This document shows positions 8,535 through 16,680 of a stretch of 26,889 nt of DNA, in pieces (position 1 is the first letter of the stretch; each line of letters starts with the position of its first letter). The translations under genes were made by a program, and so were the position numbers. Source of the stretch: Rhodospirillales bacterium (lineage in GTDB: Bacteria > Pseudomonadota > Alphaproteobacteria > Rhodospirillales > CALINB01); the NCBI GenBank assembly GCA_040216475.1, contig JAVJPD010000182.1:1-26889 (forward strand), read 5' to 3'. The notes under the pieces were generated by a model that was given only the letters and a program-made list of their open reading frames with translations, ran no database searches and was not told the origin of the DNA.

Positions 8535-9097
8535 GACGGTACAATCAACGCGGCAATGGAAACGGCTTTCGGGAACCTAAAACAAACGGGAATGGAAGAA
8601 CACGACTTTCGGGGAGAGGCCCCCCCCGATAATTGCCGCATGGATAGGCGTCCTATTTAGAGCTTTAAAGACCGAATCCCCGACTGCGAGGCCTGCAACT
8701 GCGCGCCCATGAAATTCAACGCATCTTTGTATAGGGCCCGACTTGCCGAGATCGACACCGGTCGCAAAGGTCACGCCGTGCTTCAAGGGAAGGGTAAAAG
8801 TCGCAGCGCCGAAAATCGGCCCGCGCCGGCGCGGACAACGCAAAGACCCATAGGGCAAACAGCGTCAAAAGAGTCAGCTAAAAATGGACAAAAAACGCCT
8901 GAATGCCCAAAACGGGACACCGTCGGAAAAATATGGTCTCAGAACGAAATTCTAGGTTCACTCTAATTCCGTAATATGCCAAGAATATGGCGGAATTTCG
9001 CGTTATTCGCCCGATGGCGCGGTTCCGTTCCAACTCGAATTGACGTCGATATTGACCCCTCCCCCGACCGGCCCCCGCTCGCCGAAACACGGTAAAC

Positions 9098-10090
9098 ATG
9101 ATGAAAATAGCTATTCTTGACGATTATCTCGACGTCGTGCGCGGCCTCATCGATTGGTCCGTGCTTCCCGAGGGAACGGACATCGTCCGCTTTACCGATC
9201 ATCTCACGGACGAAGCCGCCCTGGCGGAACGGCTGGCGCCGTTCGATATCGTCCTCGCCAAGCGCGAACGAACCCCCTTCCCCCGCTCGCTGTTGGAGCG
9301 CTTGCCGAATCTGAAACTCATGGTGATCGGGCGCACACACAACCGCAAGATCGACCGTGCCGCCGCCGAGGCGCTCGGCATTCTCGTAACCGGTACCGAA
9401 CGCTTCGGCTCGTCGGCCGCCGAGTTGACGTGGGGCTTGATCTTATCCCTGACGCGCAACATCCCCGGCGAGGACCGGGCGGTCCGCGCCGGACGCTGGC
9501 ACGACGGACTCGGCAAAACCCTGGCGGGGCGCACCCTCGGCGTCATCGGGCTCGGGCGCATCGGTACAAAAATCGCACGCATCGGCGCAGCGTTCGACAT
9601 GAACGTGATCGCCTGGAGCCAGAACATGACGCCGGAAAAAGCAAGCGACGCCGGCGCCCGGTATGTCGGCAAGGAGGAACTGTTCCGTGAGGCCGACGTC
9701 GTCACCGTCCATGTGGCGCTCAGCGAACGCACGCATCACCTGATCGGCGCCGGCGACCTCAGCCTGATGAAACCGACGGCCTATCTCGTCAATACGGCGC
9801 GCGGCCCGATCATCGACGAAACGGCCTTGGTCGCCGCTCTGCAGGCGGGCGCCATCGCCGGCGCCGGCCTCGATGTGTTCGAACAAGAACCGCTACCGGC
9901 CGGCCATCCGCTTCGTAGCCTGAACAATACGATCGTGACCCCGCATATCGGCTACGTCACCGAAGAAAGTTTCAAGGGCTACTATCAAAGCGCGTTGGAA
10001 AATATTCAGGCATTTCTCACGGGCCGACCCGTGCCGCGAACGCTGAATGCGCCGGCAAACCCGCGGCACTCCTATAAAGCCGCCGGTTAA
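9098..10090 (+). CDS. D-isomer-specific 2-hydroxyacid dehydrogenase family protein
   Basis: GVIGLGRIG, NTARGPI, GLDVFEQEP, TPHIG, and an MKIAILDDY N-terminus typical of this subgroup. Confidence 0.9.
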   Translation: MMKIAILDDYLDVVRGLIDWSVLPEGTDIVRFTDHLTDEAALAERLAPFDIVLAKRERTPFPRSLLERLPNLKLMVIGRTHNRKIDRAAAEALGILVTGTERFGSSAAELTWGLILSLTRNIPGEDRAVRAGRWHDGLGKTLAGRTLGVIGLGRIGTKIARIGAAFDMNVIAWSQNMTPEKASDAGARYVGKEELFREADVVTVHVALSERTHHLIGAGDLSLMKPTAYLVNTARGPIIDETALVAALQAGAIAGAGLDVFEQEPLPAGHPLRSLNNTIVTPHIGYVTEESFKGYYQSALENIQAFLTGRPVPRTLNAPANPRHSYKAAG

Positions 10091-10173
10091 AAAAATCGCG
10101 TCTAAGTTGTATGCAATTGTTGAAGGGAAACCATCCTCCGATTTGATAATCACCAATATCTAATATACAAAGG

Positions 10174-10202
10174 TTGGCTTTACAAAAAAGACAAGTATAC
10201 TA
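10174..10202 (+). promoter_or_regulatory. Sigma70-type promoter for tctB-tctA with overlapping GntR-like box
   Basis: TTGGCT (10174-10179)-N16-TATACT (10196-10201). The near-palindrome AAGTATACTA (10193-10202) covers the -10. SD AGGGGAG precedes ATG 10232. Confidence 0.5.
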
Positions 10203-10231
10203 GGGCCAACCAATTTCAGGGGAGACTTCCC

Positions 10232-10702
10232 ATGTGGGACCGCATACTCGGGTCCGGCGTCGTGGCGCTGGCCTTAGGGTATTTATTCGCAACCTACGAA
10301 TTACCGGTGAAGGATATCGGCGATCCGATCGGACCGCAGATGTTTCCCTATATGATCGGCTTCGGCACCCTGGTCTGCGGCATTTGGATTCTTTTCGAAA
10401 GCATCTTCAAAAAGCAGGAAGCCGTCGCGGCAGCCTCCGGCCAACAAACCGACGGCTACGTTAAAAGCCGGCCGCTGGCGGCGATCGGCGTTCTGGCTTG
10501 GACCGGTGTGTATTTCACGCTGTTCGAATTTCTCGGCTTCGCCATTTCCTGCACGATCTTTCTGTTCGGCATGACGTCGTTCTTCAATCGCGGGAAATGG
10601 CTTACCAACGCCCTGGTTTCGATCATTTTCTCGTTCGGCGTTTTCTACGTTTTCACACAGCTTCTCGACGTGAAACTCGCGCCGGGTCCGCTCCCGTATT
10701 AA
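10232..10702 (+). CDS. tctB: Tripartite tricarboxylate transporter small subunit TctB
   Basis: 156 aa with about four TM segments, D.IGPQMFP motif, LGFAISCT, FTQLLDVKL. Directly upstream of tctA. Confidence 0.88.
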   Translation: MWDRILGSGVVALALGYLFATYELPVKDIGDPIGPQMFPYMIGFGTLVCGIWILFESIFKKQEAVAAASGQQTDGYVKSRPLAAIGVLAWTGVYFTLFEFLGFAISCTIFLFGMTSFFNRGKWLTNALVSIIFSFGVFYVFTQLLDVKLAPGPLPY

Positions 10703-10736
10703 CCGATGGGCCTGTATTAACCGATAGGATCGTATC

Positions 10737-12254
10737 GTGGAATTCGCCAACATTCTGGATCATGTCCTACATGGCTTCACCGTTGCCTTGCAATGGAAGA
10801 ATATCATGTTCCTCTTCATCGGCGCCTTGCTCGGCACGGTGATCGGCATCATGCCGGGCATCGGCTCGTCCGCCGGCATCGCGCTGCTGCTACCGATGAC
10901 GTTCGGCATGGACCCGATCCCGTCCCTGATCATGCTCGCCGGCATCTATTACGGCGCCATGTACGGCAACACGGCGTCCGCCGTGCTGATCAACACGCCC
11001 GGCACGGCCTCGGCCTCGATGACCACCGTCGACGGCTACCCCATGGCGAAGAAAGGCCGCGGCGGCGCGGCGTTGGCGGCGTCGGCCATCGCGTCGTTTA
11101 CCGCCGGCACCATCGGCATCCTCGGCCTGACGTTCCTCTCCATTCCTTTCACCAATTTCGCGCTCAAGTTCGGCCCGGCGGAATACTTCATGCTGATGTT
11201 CTTTTCCATGTCGGCGGTTTCCTCGCTCACGGGACGCTCCGTGCCGAAGGGCCTGTTCGCCGCCTTCCTCGGCCTGATGATCGCATCCATCGGCATGGAC
11301 CTGCAGACCGGCATGCCGCGTTACGTCTTCGACATCCCGGAATTACAGACGGGCATTTCGTTCCTGATCGTGATCGTCGGCGCGTTTGCCGTCGCCGAAG
11401 TTATGCTCAACGTCGAAAAGTGGTTCGTGGGCAAGCTCGAGCCGATCAAGATTCAAGGCAGCCTGTATCTGACGCGCGAGGAATGGAAACGCTGCTGGCG
11501 GCCGATCGTTCGCGGCGGCCTGATCGGTTTCTTCATCGGCGTGCTGCCGGGCGCCGGCGGTACCATCGCCACGGTGATCGCCTATTCGACCGAGCAAAAA
11601 TTGTCCAAGCACGGACACGAATTCGGCCAGGGCGCCATCGAAGGCGTCGCCGCGCCGGAAGCCGCGAACAACGCCTCCACCTGCGGCGCGTTCGTGCCGC
11701 TGCTGACTCTCGGCATTCCCGGATCGGGCACCACCGCCGTGCTGCTCGGCGCCTTTATCCTCTACGGCCTGGAACCCGGCGCCGAATTGTTCATCACGAA
11801 CCCCGATCTGGTGTGGGGCCTGATCGACAGCATGTACCTCGGCAACGTGTTCCTGATCATCATGAACCTGCCTTTGATCGGCGTTTTCGTGCGAATCCTC
11901 TACCTGCCGCCGGGGGTTTTGCTGTCGATCATTCTGGCGGTCGCGTCGGTCGGCATCTATTCGATCAACAACAACGTGACCGATCTGTACCTGCTGCTGT
12001 TCTTCGGTGCCATGGGATACGGTTTCCGCAAACTGCAAATCCCGATTCCGCCGCTGATCCTCGGATTGGTGCTCGGCAAGCTGATGGAAAACTCGCTGCG
12101 TCAGGCCTTGATCATCTCGAACGGCAGCCTGGAGATTCTGGTCCACAGCCCCATCTGCATCACGCTGCTGGCATTGGCAATTGCCGCCATGTTGCTGCCG
12201 ATCATCAGCGCGCGCCTGAAGATTTTAAGGGCACGAGATTCGGACGACGAATGA
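10737..12254 (+). CDS. tctA: Tripartite tricarboxylate transporter large subunit TctA
   Basis: [22 protein letters not shown]...[35 protein letters not shown]. 505 aa, GTG start. Confidence 0.95.
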   Translation: MEFANILDHVLHGFTVALQWKNIMFLFIGALLGTVIGIMPGIGSSAGIALLLPMTFGMDPIPSLIMLAGIYYGAMYGNTASAVLINTPGTASASMTTVDGYPMAKKGRGGAALAASAIASFTAGTIGILGLTFLSIPFTNFALKFGPAEYFMLMFFSMSAVSSLTGRSVPKGLFAAFLGLMIASIGMDLQTGMPRYVFDIPELQTGISFLIVIVGAFAVAEVMLNVEKWFVGKLEPIKIQGSLYLTREEWKRCWRPIVRGGLIGFFIGVLPGAGGTIATVIAYSTEQKLSKHGHEFGQGAIEGVAAPEAANNASTCGAFVPLLTLGIPGSGTTAVLLGAFILYGLEPGAELFITNPDLVWGLIDSMYLGNVFLIIMNLPLIGVFVRILYLPPGVLLSIILAVASVGIYSINNNVTDLYLLLFFGAMGYGFRKLQIPIPPLILGLVLGKLMENSLRQALIISNGSLEILVHSPICITLLALAIAAMLLPIISARLKILRARDSDDE

Positions 12255-12372
12255 TCCGGGATCACACCCCCATCGCGATAACCAATAAACAAACGAATGA
12301 CGACTTACGCATAAAATAAGTTTGTATCGTCCGGATTCAGAAATCCAAAACTGAAAAAGGGAGACTCATCTG

Positions 12373-13374
12373 ATGTCTTTTAAAATGAATATTCTATCGT
12401 CTTCTCTGATGGCTTTAGCCATCCTCGCCCTGACCGCCTTTGCGGTCCCGGCGCAGGCCGCCTGGAAACCCGGCGATAAGATTGAAATTCTCACCGGCTG
12501 TAAAACCGGCTGCGGCCCCGACCGGATCGCCCGGGTCCTACAAAAAATCTGGCAAAAGCAGGGCCTCGTCAAATCGCGCGTCGTCGTCGTGAACAAGGCC
12601 GGCGGCGGCAATTCCATCGCCTTGACGTACCTGCAGCAGCACAAAGGCGACGGCAATTATCTGATGTTGAGCGGCTCGGCCGTCGCGACCAGCTATTACA
12701 CCGGACGCTCGCCGATCGGCACGAAGCATCTGACGGCCGTCGCGCTTCTCATTACCGAGTATATCGCCACTGCCGTTAAGCCCGACTCGCCGTATAAAAC
12801 GGCGAAGGACTTGATTGCTCAAATCAAGAAAGATCCCAAGTCGGTTGCCATCGGCACCGCCACCAGCCGCGGTAATTCCAATCATCAGGCGATCACGCTC
12901 GCCGCCATGGCCGCCGGGATCGATCCGAATTCGATGAAGTTCGTGATCTTTCAGTCGGGCCGTATAGGGCGCACCAACCTGCTCGGCGGTCACGTGGATG
13001 CAGCCCAGTCGAGTGTCGGCGGTTTTCTCAAACATCATCAGCAAGGCAAGCTGCGTATCCTCGCCGTCAGCTCCGAGGAACGACTCGGCGGCGCCATCAA
13101 GGACGTACCGACCTGGAAAGAGCAAGGCTTCGATATCGTCGTGCCGAATCTGCGCGCCCTCCTCGGTCCTTCGGACATGACCAAGGAGCAAACCGACTAT
13201 TGGGACGGCGTTCTGGAAAAGACCGTTAAAACGGAGACCTTCAAAAAGTCCCTGATCCGGCGCCAGATGAAGGCGACCTACATGGGCCACGAAAAATTCA
13301 CGCCGTATCTCCGCAAGCATGAAAAACAGATGAAGAAGGTTCTGAAAACGCTGGGTATTCTCAAGCGCGACTGA
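12373..13374 (+). CDS. tctC: TTT substrate-binding protein TctC/Bug, copy 1
   Basis: Signal peptide ending AQA-A, VVVNKAGGG, LLGGHVD, LRILAVSS..R, VPTWKEQG. 333 aa. Confidence 0.9.
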   Translation: MSFKMNILSSSLMALAILALTAFAVPAQAAWKPGDKIEILTGCKTGCGPDRIARVLQKIWQKQGLVKSRVVVVNKAGGGNSIALTYLQQHKGDGNYLMLSGSAVATSYYTGRSPIGTKHLTAVALLITEYIATAVKPDSPYKTAKDLIAQIKKDPKSVAIGTATSRGNSNHQAITLAAMAAGIDPNSMKFVIFQSGRIGRTNLLGGHVDAAQSSVGGFLKHHQQGKLRILAVSSEERLGGAIKDVPTWKEQGFDIVVPNLRALLGPSDMTKEQTDYWDGVLEKTVKTETFKKSLIRRQMKATYMGHEKFTPYLRKHEKQMKKVLKTLGILKRD

Positions 13375-13393
13375 GGAAGCCCTTCAAGCTCAC

Positions 13394-13430
13394 AAAAAAT
13401 CCGGCAATTGCGGATTGCCGGGTTTTTTTT
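13394..13430 (+). terminator. Rho-independent (likely bidirectional) terminator
   Basis: Stem CCGGCAAT (13401-13408) / ATTGCCGG (13414-13421), with an A6 run before and a T8 run after. Confidence 0.85.
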
Positions 13431-13456
13431 GCACCTGAAATCGGCGGCCTCCCATG

Positions 13457-13487
13457 CTCGACGCTGCCGAAATTTTCATGTTAGAGT
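13457..13487 (+). promoter_or_regulatory. Putative promoter of tctC copy 2
   Basis: CTCGACGCT-N13-TGT-TAGAGT. The same 9-mer and spacing recur upstream of copy 3. Confidence 0.5.
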
Positions 13488-13536
13488 AACGGCAGTCATA
13501 AAAATCTGTTTTTAAACATTCTAAGGGAGTTTAACG

Positions 13537-14538
13537 ATGAATCGCATACTACGGAGCTCGGTCTTACCTATTGCAGCCATCGCCGGTCTGGCGCTCGGCG
13601 CCGGCGCCGGCACGGCCGACGCGGCCTGGAAACCGACCAACAAGGTCGAGATTTCCGTCACCTGCAAGCCCGGCTGCGGTCCCGACCGGATCGCCCGCAT
13701 GCTGCAGAAGATCTGGAGCGTTCATAAACTCGTCGATGCCGACGTGGTCGTGCATAACAAGGCCGGCGGCGGCGGCGCCATTCAGTTGAACTACATCAAT
13801 TCCCATCCCGGCGACGGCCACTATCTCGGCATCGCCAGCGCCAGCGCGCTGACCACCTATTACACGGGCCGCACCAAGATCGGCCTGCGCGACATGACGC
13901 CGCTTGCCCTCCTGCTGACCGAATACATCGTCACCGCGGTCAAGGGCGACGGACCGATCAAGGACGCCAAGGATCTGATGGCAAGGATCAAGGCCGATCC
14001 GCAATCGGTGTCGATCGGCACGGCGACCAGCCGCGGCAACGCCAACCACCAGGCGATCTCGCTCGCCGCCCTGCGCAGCGGCATCGACCCGAAGAAGATG
14101 AAGTTCGTCATCTTCCAATCCGGCCGGATCGGGCGCACCAACCTGATCGGCGGACATGTCGATGTCGCTCAATCCAGCGCCGGCGGCTTCCTGAACGCCC
14201 ACAAGCAGGGCAAGCTGCGCATCGTCGCCGTCAGTTCGCCCGAGCGCCTGGGCGGGCCGGCCAAGAACGTACCGACCTGGAAAGAACTCGGCCTCGATGT
14301 GGTCATCGGCAACTTCCGGGCGATGATGGGCCCGAAGGGCATGACCAAGGACCAGATCGCCTATTGGGATGGGGTTTTCGCGAAAACCGTCAAGACCAAG
14401 GAATTCCAAAAATCGCTGACCAAACGCCAGATGAAGGAAACCTTCATGAAGCACGATGACTTTATGAAGTTCATCGACAAGGAAGAAAAACAGATCAAGG
14501 AAATCCTGGACGCTCTGGGAATCCTGAAGGTCAAATAA
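13537..14538 (+). CDS. tctC: TTT substrate-binding protein TctC/Bug, copy 2
   Basis: Signal peptide ending ADA-A, VVVHNKAGGGG, LIGGHVD, VPTWKELG. 333 aa, SD AGGGAG. Confidence 0.9.
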   Translation: MNRILRSSVLPIAAIAGLALGAGAGTADAAWKPTNKVEISVTCKPGCGPDRIARMLQKIWSVHKLVDADVVVHNKAGGGGAIQLNYINSHPGDGHYLGIASASALTTYYTGRTKIGLRDMTPLALLLTEYIVTAVKGDGPIKDAKDLMARIKADPQSVSIGTATSRGNANHQAISLAALRSGIDPKKMKFVIFQSGRIGRTNLIGGHVDVAQSSAGGFLNAHKQGKLRIVAVSSPERLGGPAKNVPTWKELGLDVVIGNFRAMMGPKGMTKDQIAYWDGVFAKTVKTKEFQKSLTKRQMKETFMKHDDFMKFIDKEEKQIKEILDALGILKVK

Positions 14539-14591
14539 TTCCGCCGCGGCGGAACAAGAACCCGGCAGCCGCTTCGGCTGCCGGGTTTTTT
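14539..14591 (+). terminator. Rho-independent terminator preceded by a 16-bp palindrome
   Basis: TTCCGCCGCGGCGGAA at 14539-14554, then stem AACCCGGCAGCCG/CGGCTGCCGGGTT (14559-14587) running into a T6 tract. Confidence 0.85.
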
Positions 14592-14661
14592 GATGAATTT
14601 TTCTAAGCCGCCGCGGCCGGACCGAACGGTCCGGGAAAAGACGGCCCGGCGCATCATCCCA

Positions 14662-14692
14662 CTCGACGCTCGTCTCGACCGCGTGGTAAAAC
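14662..14692 (+). promoter_or_regulatory. Putative promoter of tctC copy 3
   Basis: CTCGACGCT-N13-TGG-TAAAAC, same architecture as 13457-13487. Confidence 0.45.
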
Positions 14693-14775
14693 TTCTCTAG
14701 CAAGCCGGAAACTAGGTACCACCCCCAGGCACCGGACGTGCCGGTTTGTTTTCATATCAACTGGAGGTAAAGAAG

Positions 14776-15777
14776 ATGCGCTTGGTGTTTCGCTCCAAAG
14801 CGTTGCCGGCTGCGCTACTGGCCGGCTTAACCCTGACTTTTCATTCGGCAACCGTCGAGGCGGCCTGGAAGCCGACCAAGAAAGTCGAAATTTCCGTCAC
14901 CTGCAAACCGGGATGCGGTCCCGATCAAATCGCCCGCTTGCTGCAGAAAATCTGGAAAACCGAAAAGATCACGCCTGTCGATACGGTCGTGCACAACAAG
15001 GCCGGCGGCGGCGGCGCGGTGCAGCTGAACTACATCAATTCCCATCCCGGCGACGGCCACTATCTCGGCATCGGCAGCGCCAGTTCGCTCACGACCTATT
15101 ACACGGGCCGAACCAAGATCGGCCTGCGCGACGTGACGCCGCTCGTATTGCTGGTGACCGAATACATCGTCACCGCGGTCAAGGGCGATTCGCCGATCAA
15201 ATCGGCCAAGGAGTTGCTGGCCCAAATCAAGAAGGACCCGGCGTCCCTGTCGATCGGCACGGCGACCAGCCGCGGCAACGCCAACCATCAGGCGATCTCG
15301 CTCGCCGCCCTTCGCGCCGGCATTGATCCCAAGAAAATGAAGTTCGTCATTTTCCAATCGGGCAGCATCGGCCGGACCAACCTGCTCGGCGGACACGTCA
15401 ACGTCGCGCAATCGAGTGCCGGCGGATTCCTGAAGCACCACAAGCAGGGCAAGCTGCGCATCCTCGCCGTCAGTTCGCCCGAACGCCTCGGCGGCGAAGC
15501 GAAGGACGTGCCGACCTGGAAGGAACTCGGCTACGACTTCGAAGTCGGCAACTTCCGCTCGGTCATGGGCCCAAGCGGCATGACCAAGGATCAGATCGCC
15601 TATTGGGAAGACGTCTTCTCCAAGACCGTCAAGACCAAGGAGTGGCAGCAGTTCCTGAATCGGCGCCAGATGGCCAATGCCTATCTGCCGCATAGTGAAT
15701 TTCTCAAGTTCCTCGACAAGGAAGAAAAGCAGATCAAGGAAGTCCTGGACGCGCTGGGAATCCTGAAGGTCAAATAA
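14776..15777 (+). CDS. tctC: TTT substrate-binding protein TctC/Bug, copy 3
   Basis: Start moved to ATG 14776 after SD GGAGG (14763-14767), giving 333 aa. About 60 differences from copy 2 over ~304 mature residues by hand count. Confidence 0.9.
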   Translation: MRLVFRSKALPAALLAGLTLTFHSATVEAAWKPTKKVEISVTCKPGCGPDQIARLLQKIWKTEKITPVDTVVHNKAGGGGAVQLNYINSHPGDGHYLGIGSASSLTTYYTGRTKIGLRDVTPLVLLVTEYIVTAVKGDSPIKSAKELLAQIKKDPASLSIGTATSRGNANHQAISLAALRAGIDPKKMKFVIFQSGSIGRTNLLGGHVNVAQSSAGGFLKHHKQGKLRILAVSSPERLGGEAKDVPTWKELGYDFEVGNFRSVMGPSGMTKDQIAYWEDVFSKTVKTKEWQQFLNRRQMANAYLPHSEFLKFLDKEEKQIKEVLDALGILKVK

Positions 15778-15798
15778 CCGGCCTTCGATCATTGCACA

Positions 15799-15835
15799 CG
15801 CCCGGCGGTCGACATCGGCCGCCGGGCGCTTTATT
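15799..15835 (+). terminator. GC-rich hairpin with weak U-tract after tctC copy 3 (terminator or attenuator)
   Basis: CGCCCGGCGG (15799-15808) / CCGCCGGGCG (15819-15828) followed by CTTTATT. Confidence 0.5.
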
Positions 15836-15879
15836 GTGTGAAAATCGACGGAACAAAAACGACACCCGGGGAGAGCACC

Positions 15880-16641
15880 GTGACAACGACTCAAGAACTC
15901 GCGGGCATGACCGCTATCGTGACCGGCGCGGCGCGCAACATCGGCCGGGCCATCGCCCTCGACCTGGCGGCCGGCGGCGCCAAGGTCTGCGTGAACGCGA
16001 ATACGTCCAAGAAGGACGCCGAGGAAACCGCCGCCCTCATCGAAAAAGCCGGCGGCGAGGCATTCGTTCACATCGCCGACGTTACCGACCCCAAGGCCGT
16101 GCAAGGCATGGTCGACGCGGTTCTGAAACGGTTCGGCGGGATCGATATTCTCGTCAATAACGCCGCCGCGCGCGAGGAATTCCCGTTCGAGGAGATCACC
16201 TTCGAATCCTGGAAAAAACTTTCCGCGATCATTCTGGACGGCGCTTTTCTCTGTTGCCAGGCTTGTCTGCCCGAACTCAAGAAATGCGGCCACGGATCGA
16301 TCGTCAACATCGGCGGCCAATCGGGCGATTGCGGCATGACCGAGCGTGCCACCATCTCGGCCGCCAAGGCCGGGCTCGCCGGTTTTACGCGCGGCGTCGC
16401 CATGGATATCGCCCACTACGGCATTACCGTGAACTACGTCTCGCCGGGCCCCGTCAACACCCAGGGCAGCATGATGGTCCGCCACGCCCAGACATCGTTC
16501 AAAAAGAAACGTCAGACGCCGATCGGCCGTTCCGTGGAGCCCGCCGAAATCGCGGCCATGGTCCGCCATCTTTGCGGCCCCAAGGCGCGTGCGATCACGG
16601 GACAGAAGATCATGATCAACGGCGGCATTCTGATGGTTTAA
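15880..16641 (+). CDS. SDR-family oxidoreductase with non-canonical catalytic motif (IxxxK)
   Basis: TGAARNIGRAIA, DILVNNAA, VNYVSPG, ITGQ.I.INGG. GTG 15880 follows SD GGGGAG. Confidence 0.85.
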   Translation: MTTTQELAGMTAIVTGAARNIGRAIALDLAAGGAKVCVNANTSKKDAEETAALIEKAGGEAFVHIADVTDPKAVQGMVDAVLKRFGGIDILVNNAAAREEFPFEEITFESWKKLSAIILDGAFLCCQACLPELKKCGHGSIVNIGGQSGDCGMTERATISAAKAGLAGFTRGVAMDIAHYGITVNYVSPGPVNTQGSMMVRHAQTSFKKKRQTPIGRSVEPAEIAAMVRHLCGPKARAITGQKIMINGGILMV

Positions 16642-16680
16642 GGGTATAGCATTAGAATCGCAGGGGAAAAGGAAAGAAGC

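Noticed and set aside
8821-8834. Perfect 14-bp palindrome CCGCGCCGGCGCGG
   Set aside because: All-GC palindromes of this length are plausible by chance in this DNA, and there is no U-tract or second copy.
8709-9099. Short ORFs 8709-8966 (+) and 8878-9099 (-)
   Set aside because: No SD, no motifs, atypical composition, and they overlap the probable divergent promoter region.
10793-12319. 508-aa Arg/His-rich alternative-frame ORF over tctA (likewise 9-833, 6041-6889, 24435-25139)
   Set aside because: Low-complexity off-frame translation of GC-rich coding DNA with no SD or domain signal.
12499-14916. Idea that the TctC CxxxC loops bind As(III) and link the transporter to the ars operon
   Set aside because: The loci are over 6 kb apart, I saw no ArsR-type operator near tct, and periplasmic Cys pairs are usually disulfides. 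Nothing beyond proximity supports it.
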